From assembly GCA_965204735.1 (NCBI GenBank), contig OZ242008.1:2336001-2400000 (forward strand): DNA of 64,000 nucleotides, given 5' to 3'. The notes beneath the pieces are model-generated. The model was not told the DNA's origin, did no database searches, and saw only the letters and a program-made list of their open reading frames with translations. This stretch comes from Longimicrobiales bacterium (GTDB lineage Bacteria; Gemmatimonadota; Gemmatimonadetes; Longimicrobiales; Gaopeijiaceae). Shown here one piece after another: positions 1 through 9,448 of the stretch. Each line of letters opens with the position of its first letter. Within the stretch, counting starts at the first letter, position 1. A program made the translations under genes and the position numbers.

Positions 1-3000
1 ACGGCGTCAAAGTCAGCCGCGCGTCCGTCGTCGTGCCCGTCCCACGGATCGTCGCACCGCCCGGCAGCGTCAGTGCGCTCGCCCCGATGCTGATCCCCGT
101 CGAGTCGCTGTCCGCCCCAACCACCGTGTAGCAGAACACCAGGATGACGCCGCCCCCTGTCGTGCCGCACTGCGGAGCGCTCCGCGTCTGCGCACCGATC
201 CCCAAAGCCAGACTCGGCGTCCCCGTCACCGTCACGCCCGTGTTGAACCCGACGCCCACGCGTATCGGGTCGCCGAGACCGTACACGCTGTCCGTGCTCG
301 CGTACGACAGCCCACCGAGCGTCGCCGACAGGAAGAACGCGCTCGTCACGTAGGGAATGTCGCCCGCAACCTTGTGCGCCCCGGCGTTCGAGAACACGTG
401 CGAGCCCAACGCCAAGTCCGCCGCGTCCGACCACAGCCGACCGTCCGCGATCGTGTCCGACGCGCTCACCGCCAGCGCGCCCGCACCCACGCTGATCCCG
501 TCCGCGTCCGCGTCCGTCGCCTGAACCACGTATCGGAACGTCACCCGCGTGGACGTCGCGTCCCTGCGGTTGTACTCCGCCTGTCGAGTCGAGTCGCCGA
601 CCTCCAACGCCAGACGCGGCGTCCCCGCCACGTACACGCCCCGCACGAACTCCACCTCCACCTCGATCGCCTCGCCCGCCAAGTACGTGTCCCCAACCAC
701 AGGACTGCTCGTTATCCTCACGCCCTTCACCACCGGCGTCGTCCGCGTGTTGCCCGCAACCTTGTGCGCAGCGCTGTTCGAAATCGCGTGAATGCCCAAA
801 CCCAACACCGCGTCCGTCGTCGTGCCCATCCGCCGGATCGTGCCCCCGGACGGAGTCTCCAAAGCGCTCGCCCCGATGCTGATCCCGTCCGCGTCCGCGT
901 CCGTCTGGAACACCGTGTACTCGAACTCCAACGACGTCGTCCCCGAACCCCTCACGTACAGCGCGTTCCGCAAACTCGATCCGATCCCGAGCCGAACCCG
1001 CGGCCTGTTTGCGCCCGTGCCTGTCACTGTCACCGCAACGTCGAACTCCACCGTCACGACCACCACGTCGCTCAACTCGAACGTGCTGTCCGTCGGAGCA
1101 TCGCCAATCGACACCCCCGTCACCACCGGACGGTCGCCCGCAACCTTGTGCGCCCCAGCGTTCGCGATCGCATGAGAACCCAGTCCCAGCTCCGCCGTCA
1201 CCGTCGCGCCCGCCTTGTTGATCGTCCCGCTGTTCAACCCCAACGCGCTCGCGCCAATGCTCAACCCGTCCGCGTCCGCGTCCGTCGCCGCCACCGTGTA
1301 ACGGAACGTCAGCGAATCCGTCCCCGTCCCGCCCGCGTAGCCCGCCTGCCGCGTCGCCGCCCCGATCCCCAACGCCACCTGCGGCGTTCCCGTCACGTCC
1401 ACCGCCTCGCTGAACTTCACCCACACCTCGATCCGCTGGCCCACCCCGTACGTGCTGTCCGAGCCCGTCACGCTCGCCAACCCCGCGCCCGCCACCACCG
1501 GCACGCCCTGCAAGCCGTTCACCTTGTGCGCAGCAGCGTTCGCCACCGCGTGCGCGCCCAGCGACAAGTCCGCCCGCGCCGTGCCCCCCACGCGCGTGAT
1601 CGGCGCCGCGAAGTTGCTGAAAGCGTTCGCCGGGATGCTGATCCCGTCCGCGTCCAAGTCCGCCCGCGTCACCGTGTACCGGAAGAACACGTCGTCCGCG
1701 TCCTTCGAGTACCAGCCCGCCGCCCGAACGTTGTCCCCGATCTCCAGGTTCAGCGTCATGTTGCCCACGAAGTTCGGCGTCACCACCGCACGGTCGAACT
1801 GAACCCGCACGTTGATGTTGTCGCCCGCAGCGTACGTCGAGTCCGTCCCCGCGCCGCTCAAGAACGTCACCGCCGATATCCTCGGCACGATCAGCGCGCC
1901 GTTCACCTTGTGCGCACCAGCGTTGGTGACCGCGTTGGCGCCGAGGGACAGCGTCGCGTCCACCGTCGTGCCCGCGTTCCTGATCGTCGCGCCGGACGGG
2001 GCCGCCAGCGCGCTCGCGCCGATGCTGATCCCGTCCGCGTCCGTGTCCGCCGCCACCACAGCGTACTCGAACACCAGCGTGTCCGTGCCTGTCCCGCTCG
2101 CGTAGCCCGCCTGCCTGGTCTGCGTGCCGATCCCCAAAGCCAGCTGCGGCGTCCCCGTCACGTCCACGTTCCCGCTGAACGCCACCGCCACCCGAATCCG
2201 CTCCGCCCGACCGTACGTGCTGTCCGCAGCGACCGGCGTGCTCGCCACCACCACGCCGGTCACCGTGACCGGTTGAACACCCACCTTGTGGGCCGCCGCG
2301 TTCGTGATCGCGTGGCTGCCCAAACTCAGGATCGCGTTCTTCGTCCCCAACCGGATCGTCCCGCTGTTCAGCGACAAGGCGCTCGCGCCGATGCTGATCC
2401 CGTCCGTGTCCGAGTCCGCCGCCACCACCACGTACCGGAACACCAGCGACGTCGAACCCGTCCCGCTCGCGTAGTTCGCCTGCCGCGTCGAGTCGCCCAC
2501 CGCCAAAGCCAGCTGCGGCGTGCCGGTCACCGCCACCGTCGAGTCGAACGCCACCGTCACCGCAATCGTGTCCCCAGTATCATACGTGTTGTCCGAACCC
2601 GCGCTGCTGCTGATCGTCACCCCCGTCACCTTGGGATACCCCAGGGTGCCGTCCACCTTGTGCGCAGCTGCGTTCGTGATCGCGTGGCTGCCCAAGCTCA
2701 GGTTGGCGAAGTCGCCTGATGCGGTGGTTTCCACGGAATTGGCGTGAAACGAGTGGGTGGAGATTCCGTCCGCGTCCATGTCCGACGTCTGCACAAGGTA
2801 CCACATCTCAAACCAGCTTACCCCTCCGTCCGGGGTTACGGCGGAGGAGGGGGCAGCCGAGCCAAAGCCGCTAATGATGCCATGCACCGCATCTCTGTTG
2901 ACCGACCCGATCGTAATCCTCAAGGGGATACCTTGATTGTCGGTGTAGACGTTTACGGAGAGCGACCAGTACGCCCTGATCTTTATGGTGTCGCCCGCCG

Positions 3001-3050
3001 CGTACGTGCTGTCCGAACCCGCAGAACTGACGATCTTCAGACTGTCCAGG
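1..3050 (-). repeat. About 8 tandem domain repeats of ~372-390 bp
   Basis: The HKV-encoding motif accttgtg recurs near 369, 759, 1143, 1521, 1905, 2283, 2655. Confidence 0.9.
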
Positions 3051-3142
3051 TTCGCGGCCTGGGCACTCAGCGGCGCCGGCGCCGTGGTCCCGAACGCCGC
3101 CAGCAGGCCGAGGGCCGCGAGCGCGGCTCTCGCTACCGGCAT
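1..3142 (-). CDS. Large secreted surface/adhesin-like protein with tandem ~125-130 aa Ig-like repeats (partial; runs off left edge)
   Basis: Hand translation of the minus frame at both ends: signal peptide MPVARAALAALGLLAAFGTTAPAPLSAQ from ATG 3142; repeated DxDGISI..ALTL..G.TI and ..NA.AHKV motifs. Absent from ORF track, consistent with no stop inside the window. True start may lie upstream of the poly-G tract. Confidence 0.85.
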   Translation of the reverse strand, partial: MPVARAALAALGLLAAFGTTAPAPLSAQAANLDSLKIVSSAGSDSTYAAGDTIKIRAYWSLSVNVYTDNQGIPLRITIGSVNRDAVHGIISGFGSAAPSSAVTPDGGVSWFEMWYLVQTSDMDADGISTHSFHANSVETTASGDFANLSLGSHAITNAAAHKVDGTLGYPKVTGVTISSSAGSDNTYDTGDTIAVTVAFDSTVAVTGTPQLALAVGDSTRQANYASGTGSTSLVFRYVVVAADSDTDGISIGASALSLNSGTIRLGTKNAILSLGSHAITNAAAHKVGVQPVTVTGVVVASTPVAADSTYGRAERIRVAVAFSGNVDVTGTPQLALGIGTQTRQAGYASGTGTDTLVFEYAVVAADTDADGISIGASALAAPSGATIRNAGTTVDATLSLGANAVTNAGAHKVNGALIVPRISAVTFLSGAGTDSTYAAGDNINVRVQFDRAVVTPNFVGNMTLNLEIGDNVRAAGWYSKDADDVFFRYTVTRADLDADGISIPANAFSNFAAPITRVGGTARADLSLGAHAVANAAAHKVNGLQGVPVVAGAGLASVTGSDSTYGVGQRIEVWVKFSEAVDVTGTPQVALGIGAATRQAGYAGGTGTDSLTFRYTVAATDADADGLSIGASALGLNSGTINKAGATVTAELGLGSHAIANAGAHKVAGDRPVVTGVSIGDAPTDSTFELSDVVVVTVEFDVAVTVTGTGANRPRVRLGIGSSLRNALYVRGSGTTSLEFEYTVFQTDADADGISIGASALETPSGGTIRRMGTTTDAVLGLGIHAISNSAAHKVAGNTRTTPVVKGVRITSSPVVGDTYLAGEAIEVEVEFVRGVYVAGTPRLALEVGDSTRQAEYNRRDATSTRVTFRYVVQATDADADGISVGAGALAVSASDTIADGRLWSDAADLALGSHVFSNAGAHKVAGDIPYVTSAFFLSATLGGLSYASTDSVYGLGDPIRVGVGFNTGVTVTGTPSLALGIGAQTRSAPQCGTTGGGVILVFCYTVVGADSDSTGISIGASALTLPGGATIRGTGTTTDARLTLTP

Positions 3143-3178
3143 CGCGTGCGTCCAGAACGCGCGCGCCGGCCGGTCGCA

Positions 3179-3211
<33 letters not shown>

Positions 3212-3584
3212 AGAGTGCTCGTCATGGCAGACTCGGCGAAGAGCGAATTCATGGGGACGGCGTTGTTCGTGGCCTCGGTCACGTCAGTCAAGTGCCCGAA
3301 ACTGCCATACTACCATACCATCTCGCCATGCGCCACCATACTGCCATGCGCCGACTCACTGGCCGCCGCAGGCGCCGGCGCCAGCGTATCCGGCCCGAGA
3401 TCCAAGGTGGCCCGGGGAAGCCCACTTCGGGACGGACCGGGGCGAGAGTCCATGGCCGGCGGCTCCCCCGCCTTGCGGCGGCGGCCCGAAGTCCTATCAT
3501 GACTTCGTTCCCTTGCCCCCTTGCTTGGGCGCGCCACTCATACCCCGCTCCTCGACGGAGACGGGAACGGAGAAAGATCATCAC

Positions 3585-5006
3585 ATGAACGGAACCGAAG
3601 CAGGAATCCTTGGCCGCGGCAGGCTCGCCCGGCGCGCCGCCCTCGCCGGAGCCGCCCTGGCCGCCCTCGGGCTTCTGCTGGCCCCCGCGGTCGCCGTCGC
3701 CCAGACCACCGAGACCCAGTTCGTCCTCAACACGTTCTCCTTCCTGGTCTGGGGAGCGCTGGTCATGTGGATGTGCGCCGGCTTCACGATGCTGGAGTCG
3801 GGCTCGGTGCGTTCCAAGAACGCTTCCGTGATCTGCCTCAAGAACATCGGCCTCTACTCCGTCGCCGGGCTGGCCTTCTACACGCTCGGGTACAACCTGA
3901 TGTACGGGGGCGAGGCCGGGGGCTGGATCGGGTCGTTCGAGTTCTTCTACGGACCGTCCGAGGCGGAGCAGGCCCTCCTGGACGGCGACGCCGGGGCAAC
4001 CGCGACGGTCGTGGAGAACGGCTACGCGGTCATGTCCGACTGGTTCTTCCAGATGGTCTTCGTCGCCACCACGGCGTCGATCGTGTCGGGGGCGCTGGCG
4101 GAGCGGGTGAAGCTTTGGTCGTTCTTCGCCTTCACGGCGATCCTGACCATGGCGATCTACCCCGTCGTGGGCTCTTGGACGTGGGGCGCGGGCTGGCTCG
4201 CCGAGATGGGGTTCGCCGACTTCGCCGGTTCGACGATCGTCCACTCCACCGGCGGCTGGGCCGCACTGGCGGGGATCCTGGTGGTCGGCCCGCGGTGGGG
4301 CAAGTTCCGGGCCGACGGAACGGTCAAGGCCACGCCTCCGTGCAACATTCCCACGGTCACGCTGGGAGTCTTCATCTTGTGGCTGGGCTGGTTCGCCTTC
4401 AACGGGGGCTCCGTGCTGGCCCTGGGCGACGCGAGCAGCGCCGTCACCATGAGCAACGTGATCGTGGACACCAACCTGGCGGCGGCCGCGGGCGTCCTGG
4501 CGGCGCTGGCCGTGTCCCGTCCGATCCTGGGGCGCATCGACCTCTTCGCCGCCCTGAACGGGGCGATCGCGGGCCTGGTGTCGATCACCGCAGGCCCCGA
4601 CGTGATCGGCAGCGGCCACGCGATCCTGGTGGGCGCCGTGGGCGCCGTGATCTGCACGGCGGGCCTCAGGCTGCTGGAGTCCTTCCGGCTGGACGACGTG
4701 GTGGGGGCCGTTCCCGCCCACCTCTTCGCCGGCATCTGGGGAACGCTGGCCGTCGGCATCTTCGGCGGCGCGAACATTGGCGTCCAGGCAGTCGGCGTGC
4801 TGTCGGTGGGCGTCTTCGTCTTCTCGGTGTCGTGGGTCGTGTGGATGGCGCTGGACAAGACGATCGGCGTGCGCGTGAGCCGGCAGGTCGAGGAGCTGGG
4901 ACAGGACGCCGCCGAGCTGGGAATCGACGCCTACCCCGAGTTCGTGCTGATGGTGGACCCGGACGACGGGGCGGACTACAGGGAGCCCGACCGAGCAAGC
5001 ATCTAG
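3585..5006 (+). CDS. amtB: Ammonium transporter
   Basis: GFTMLESG, FFQMVF..T..SIVSGA.AER, DFAGSTIVHSTGG, LW.GWFAFNGGS, DDVVGA...HL motifs; ATG 3585 after GGAGAAAG. Confidence 0.97.
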   Translation: MNGTEAGILGRGRLARRAALAGAALAALGLLLAPAVAVAQTTETQFVLNTFSFLVWGALVMWMCAGFTMLESGSVRSKNASVICLKNIGLYSVAGLAFYTLGYNLMYGGEAGGWIGSFEFFYGPSEAEQALLDGDAGATATVVENGYAVMSDWFFQMVFVATTASIVSGALAERVKLWSFFAFTAILTMAIYPVVGSWTWGAGWLAEMGFADFAGSTIVHSTGGWAALAGILVVGPRWGKFRADGTVKATPPCNIPTVTLGVFILWLGWFAFNGGSVLALGDASSAVTMSNVIVDTNLAAAAGVLAALAVSRPILGRIDLFAALNGAIAGLVSITAGPDVIGSGHAILVGAVGAVICTAGLRLLESFRLDDVVGAVPAHLFAGIWGTLAVGIFGGANIGVQAVGVLSVGVFVFSVSWVVWMALDKTIGVRVSRQVEELGQDAAELGIDAYPEFVLMVDPDDGADYREPDRASI

Positions 5007-5019
5007 GCGCCGAGCGCAA

Positions 5020-6504
5020 ATGGGGAAGCACCTGGCGGCCCCGGATCCCGCGAGCCAGAGAGCGGGGTCCGGGGCCTTCGGGCACTACGAGCTGGACCCG
5101 GCCTTCCACGACGAGATGTTCGGGGAGGACGGGAAGCCTCGGGCTGCCTGCCGGCGGCTGGCCGGGGCGTTGGCGGCGACGCCGCCGGAGGAGCTGGCCA
5201 AGCTGCAGGCGGGGGTCGCCCGCCGCTTCCTCCACGAAGGGATCACGTTCACGGTCCTGGGCAAGCAAGAGGTCTCGGAGCAGATCATCCCCATCGACTG
5301 CGTGCCGAGGCTGATCACCGCCGCCGAGTGGGACCACGTCGAGCGGGGGCTGAAGCAGCGCCTTCGCGCCCTCAACCTCTTCGTCAAGGACGTGTACCAC
5401 GACGCGCGGTGCGTGCGTGCCGGCGTGGTGCCGGCCGACCTGGTGTTCGGGTGCCCTCAGTACCGCGCGCAGATGCGGAGGCTGAAGGTCCCCCACGACA
5501 TCTACGTGGCGGTGTGCGGAACCGACGTGGTGCGCACCCGAGACGGCTTCGCGGTGCTGGAGGACAACCTGCGGGTGCCCTCCGGGGTGTCGTACATGCT
5601 GGCGTGCAGAGCCGCCATGAAGGGGGCCTTCCCCACCCTCTACCGGGAGCACGGAGTGCGCGAGGTGTCCGGCTACGCTCGCCGCCTCTACGCCACGCTG
5701 GCGTCGCTGGGGACGGGCGGCGACGAGCCTCGGGTGGCGCTTCTCACGCCGGGACGATACAACTCGGCCTACTACGAGCACGCCTTCCTGGCCGGCGAGA
5801 TGGGAGCGGAGCTGGTCGAGGGCCGGGACCTGGTGGTGCGAGACGCGGTCCTCTACGCCCGCACCGCCGCCGGCCTGCGGCGCATCGACATTCTCTACCG
5901 GCGCGTGGACGACGACTTCTTGGATCCGGTCTCCTTCCGCAGCGACTCGATGCTGGGCGCGGCAGGGCTCTTCCACGTCTACCGGGCGGGCAACCTGGTC
6001 CTGGCCAACGCTCCTGGAACGGGCGTGGCCGACGACAAGGGCCTGTACGCCTACGTGCCCAGGATCATCCGCTGGTTCCTGGACGAAGAGCCGATCCTGG
6101 CCAACGTGGACACGCGGCTCTGCCGGGAGCCGGAGGGACTGTCGTACACGCTGGAGCACCTGCACGAGGTGGTGGTGAAGGAGGTGGCGGGCTCCGGCGG
6201 CTACGGCATGCTGATCGGCCCCCACGCCTCGGCCGGGGAGCGCGCCGACTTCGCCGAGCGGATCAAGGCGAACCCGGCCAACTACGTCTCCCAGCCGGTG
6301 CTGGCGCTCTCCCGGGCCGGGTGCTTCGTGGACGGGAGGCTCGAGCCCCGCCACGTGGACCTGCGTCCCTTCGTCCTCCAGGGCCGCAACGAGCAGCACG
6401 TGGTGCCCGGCGGTCTGTGCCGGGTGGCGCTGCCCCGGGGCAGCCTGGTGGTGAATTCGAGCCAGGGGGGCGGCTGCAAGGACCTCTGGGTCCTGAAGGC
6501 CTGA
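5020..6504 (+). CDS. Circularly permuted type 2 ATP-grasp protein (DUF404/407)
   Basis: VLEDNLRVPSGVSYML, TPG.YNSAYYEH, YRRVDDDFLDP, NAPGTGVADDK, PRHVDLRPF, VVNSSQGGG.KDLWV. Confidence 0.95.
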   Translation: MGKHLAAPDPASQRAGSGAFGHYELDPAFHDEMFGEDGKPRAACRRLAGALAATPPEELAKLQAGVARRFLHEGITFTVLGKQEVSEQIIPIDCVPRLITAAEWDHVERGLKQRLRALNLFVKDVYHDARCVRAGVVPADLVFGCPQYRAQMRRLKVPHDIYVAVCGTDVVRTRDGFAVLEDNLRVPSGVSYMLACRAAMKGAFPTLYREHGVREVSGYARRLYATLASLGTGGDEPRVALLTPGRYNSAYYEHAFLAGEMGAELVEGRDLVVRDAVLYARTAAGLRRIDILYRRVDDDFLDPVSFRSDSMLGAAGLFHVYRAGNLVLANAPGTGVADDKGLYAYVPRIIRWFLDEEPILANVDTRLCREPEGLSYTLEHLHEVVVKEVAGSGGYGMLIGPHASAGERADFAERIKANPANYVSQPVLALSRAGCFVDGRLEPRHVDLRPFVLQGRNEQHVVPGGLCRVALPRGSLVVNSSQGGGCKDLWVLKA

Positions 6505-6528
6505 CGCCCGCGGGGAACGGAGAAGCCG

Positions 6529-7506
6529 ATGCTGGCAAGGGTCGCCGGAGAGTTCTACTGGATGGGCCGCTACTTGGAGCGGACGGAGCACACGTCCCGG
6601 CTGCTGGTGCGCCAGCTGGCGCGCCTGGTCGATTCTCCGGCGGACGAGCTGGCGGCGGGGTGGAGCGCGCTCTACCGGGCGCTTCGCCAGCCGGTGCCCG
6701 ACGTTTCGGAGGACGCCGACGAGGCCGAGGTCTTCCTGGTCGCCGACGCCTACACGCTGGCCGGCAGCTTGGTGGAGGCGAGGGCGAACCAGGACTCGGT
6801 CCTGTCGTGCTGGGCGGCGGCCCGGGAGAACGCCCGGCAAGTACGGCCCCAGCTGCCGCTGAAGGTCTGGACGTGCCTCAACCAGGGCTTCCTGTGGCTG
6901 CGGGAGAACGACTTCGCCGAAGCTTGGGCGGTGGGCCCCGCCAGTCTGGTGGGCGAGGTCGTCGACCGGATGCGCCTCCTGGCGGGGGTGGTGGACGCCC
7001 GAATGCCCCGGGACGACGCGTGGCGGTTCATGGAGCTCGGCCGGTTCGTGGAGCGGACCAGCCAGCAGGCGGTTCTGCTGGAGACGTGGAACGACCGCGG
7101 CCGTCGAGACGGGAGCGGGCCAGCCGCTCCGGCTTGGTCGGACCTGCTGCGGATCTGCGACGCCTACGAGCTCTACTGTCGAACCCACTCGATGGCGGTG
7201 CGCCGGGAGAAGGTCCTGGACCTGCTGATCCGCAACCCGGAAGTTCCGCGCTCGCTGCGCTTCTGCGTTCAGCGCGCCGGCGACCTGCTGGCCGGGATCG
7301 ACCCGAAGGGCGCGCGCTACCCCCTGGCCCCGCCCCATCGAGCGGCGCTGCGGCTGGCGGCCGCCGTCGAGATCGAGGCGCCGGACCGCGCCGCCGAGCC
7401 GGGAGGCGTCAGCTTCTTCGCGGCCCTGGAGCGGGACGGGGCCGCGCTTCACGACCTGATCCTGGGAAGCTACGTGGACTACCCGGCGCTGGGCGCGGCC
7501 TCGTGA
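6529..7506 (+). CDS. Alpha-E domain protein (DUF403)
   Basis: MLARVA..FYWMGRYLERTE, ARENARQVR, GRFVER, PRSLRF; canonical position after CP-ATP-grasp. Confidence 0.93.
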   Translation: MLARVAGEFYWMGRYLERTEHTSRLLVRQLARLVDSPADELAAGWSALYRALRQPVPDVSEDADEAEVFLVADAYTLAGSLVEARANQDSVLSCWAAARENARQVRPQLPLKVWTCLNQGFLWLRENDFAEAWAVGPASLVGEVVDRMRLLAGVVDARMPRDDAWRFMELGRFVERTSQQAVLLETWNDRGRRDGSGPAAPAWSDLLRICDAYELYCRTHSMAVRREKVLDLLIRNPEVPRSLRFCVQRAGDLLAGIDPKGARYPLAPPHRAALRLAAAVEIEAPDRAAEPGGVSFFAALERDGAALHDLILGSYVDYPALGAAS

Positions 7507-8411
7507 CCCCCTTCCCCGCCCCAACCTGCCGCTACGCGGTCGAGCACCGGATCGACTTCCGGTACGAAGCACCGGTGCGCCTCTCGGTCGCCACCCTCTA
7601 CCTGCATCCGATCCAGGACCGGGGGCAGGCGGTCCGGGAGTTCTCGCTCGTCACCGACCCTCCGGGCACGCTCTTCGAGTTCGTCGACGCCTTCGGCAAC
7701 CGGGGACACTTCATGGACCGGCCCGCCCCCCACCGCCGCATGACGATCCACGCCCGGTCCGAGGTCGAGGTGGGCCTTCCGGCGGCCGTGCCCGACCGCC
7801 TGGGCTCCGACGCTTGGGCGGCGCTGCGGCGCGTCGCGGACGCCCCCGAGTTCTGGGTAATGACTCATGCCAGCCGCTTCGTCCGGCCCCACGCCCCCGC
7901 GCTGGACGACTTCATCTCGGCCCACGGGATGTCCCCCGGGGACGACCCCGCGGCCACGGTGCAGGCGCTTCGGGCCAAGCTGCACGAGACGTTCCGCTAC
8001 GTTCCCGGCGCCACGGAGGTGGACTCGCCGATCGAGCGGATCCTGGAGACGGGCGAAGGAGTGTGCCAGGACTACGCCCACGTGATGGCGTCGATCCTCC
8101 GGAGGTGGGGCATTCCGTGCCGGTACGCGTCGGGCTACCTGGGTCCCGACGACGGCGAGGCCGCCACCGGCCAGAGCCATGCGTGGGTCGAGTGCTGGCT
8201 GCCGCAGGCGGGCTGGATCGGCTTCGATCCGACCAACGACACGGAGAGGGACGGGCGCCACGTGAGGGTGGCCGTGGGCAGGGACTACGCCGACGTTCCT
8301 CCGACCCGGGGCGTCTACCAGGGCTCCGCCGCGTCCACCCTGGACACGACGGTGGCCGTGACCCGCCGCCCCCCTTGCCCGGAGACGGGAGGCGGCACTT
8401 GCTTTGATTGA
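7503..8411 (+). CDS. Transglutaminase-like protein
   Basis: GTG overlapping upstream TGA; catalytic triad motifs GVCQDYAH, HAWVE, GFDPTN; GRDYADVPP. Confidence 0.93.
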   Translation: MTPFPAPTCRYAVEHRIDFRYEAPVRLSVATLYLHPIQDRGQAVREFSLVTDPPGTLFEFVDAFGNRGHFMDRPAPHRRMTIHARSEVEVGLPAAVPDRLGSDAWAALRRVADAPEFWVMTHASRFVRPHAPALDDFISAHGMSPGDDPAATVQALRAKLHETFRYVPGATEVDSPIERILETGEGVCQDYAHVMASILRRWGIPCRYASGYLGPDDGEAATGQSHAWVECWLPQAGWIGFDPTNDTERDGRHVRVAVGRDYADVPPTRGVYQGSAASTLDTTVAVTRRPPCPETGGGTCFD

Positions 8412-8444
8412 CGGCCTGATGAATTTGATTGACGGTCTGATGAA
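8403..8444. repeat. 2 x 21-bp tandem direct repeat
   Basis: tttgattgacggcctgatgaa / tttgattgacggtctgatgaa, 20/21 identical. Confidence 0.9.
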
Positions 8445-8505
8445 CCTTCCCAACCCTCTCGACCCCCAAGAAGGGCAACCTTCGCAAGATCAGGAGACCT
8501 GCAGA

Positions 8506-9231
8506 ATGAAGAGGATATCCGTCGTCGGCCTGCGCTGCCTTTTCCTCGCCGGCGCGCTCGGCGCTTCGGTCCTGGGCGCGACGCCGGCCCGCGGCCAGTC
8601 CTTCGGGATCGGCGCCGACATCGTGAGCCGCTACGTCTGGCGTGGCGCCGACTTCGGCGAGTCCATGTCCATCCAGCCCTCTCTCTCGTTCACCCATGGC
8701 GGGTTCGAGGTCGGGGCTTGGGGATCGTGGTCGGTGGCCGCCGACGGCGCCGGCTCCAACGAGAGCGACCTGTGGGTCGCCTACAGCTTCGGCGCCGTGA
8801 CGATCGGCTTCACCGACTACTACTTTCCCGCACCGGATCCCGACTGGCCGAGCGGCTACGGCTTCCTGAACCGGCGGGCCCACACCTTCGAGCCGTACGT
8901 CTCCTACTCGGGCAAGGTGGACCTTCTCGCCGGCTTGGCGTTCTCCCCCGACACGGAGGATCAGGACGCCAGCCGGGAGAGCTCCCTGTACGTCGAGGCC
9001 GGGGTCCCCTTCGAGGTGGAGAGCTTCGAGGTGCGGATCCACGCGGGCGTGGTGGGAGGCGAGAGCGGATTCTACGGAACCGACGGCGCCGCCTTGGTGA
9101 ACATGGGAATCACGGTGGCCAAGCCCATCGAGATCACCGAGTCGTTCTCCCTGCCGGTGAACGTGGCCTACATCGTGAACCCGGACGCGGAACGGTCGTT
9201 CCTGGTCTTCGGCCTCAGCCTTTCGCCCTAA
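8506..9231 (+). CDS. TorF/TIGR02001-like putative outer-membrane porin
   Basis: CAGGAG RBS, signal peptide, D..SRYVWRG...SIQP motif, amphipathic beta pattern, C-terminal FGLSL. Confidence 0.75.
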   Translation: MKRISVVGLRCLFLAGALGASVLGATPARGQSFGIGADIVSRYVWRGADFGESMSIQPSLSFTHGGFEVGAWGSWSVAADGAGSNESDLWVAYSFGAVTIGFTDYYFPAPDPDWPSGYGFLNRRAHTFEPYVSYSGKVDLLAGLAFSPDTEDQDASRESSLYVEAGVPFEVESFEVRIHAGVVGGESGFYGTDGAALVNMGITVAKPIEITESFSLPVNVAYIVNPDAERSFLVFGLSLSP

Positions 9232-9363
9232 GCCCAGCGGGCAACCTCTGGCGACGCGTCCCCGAGCAGCTCCGACACCTCCGCGGGCAGCTCCAGGACG
9301 CGGCGCCGGAGGCAGGTCCGCGGCCGGGCCGGGAAAGTCCGCGGACCGCCTGCGGCTCGGCAG

Positions 9364-9437
9364 TCGGGGCGCCCGGATTCGAACCGGGGACCTCCTGCTC
9401 CCAAAGCAGGCGCGCTGCCGGGCTGCGCCACGCCCCG
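9364..9437 (-). tRNA. tRNA-Pro(TGG)
   Basis: Reverse complement folds as cloverleaf: CGGGGCG acceptor, CCTGC-TTTGGGA-GCAGG anticodon arm, GGTTCGAATCC T-loop; CCA not encoded. Confidence 0.97.
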
Positions 9438-9448
9438 CCACTCGCTTC

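Noticed and set aside
374..2719. 781-aa plus-strand ORF and other long Arg/Pro-rich ORFs (e.g. 12401-16843, 25113-27830, 50666-53752, most of 57502-62016)
   Set aside because: Antisense or off-frame shadows of real genes, expected in high-GC DNA; no recognisable motifs.
9232..9437. tRNA-Pro (and tRNA-Sec) as island integration sites
   Set aside because: No integrase and no duplicated tRNA 3' end noticed in the window.
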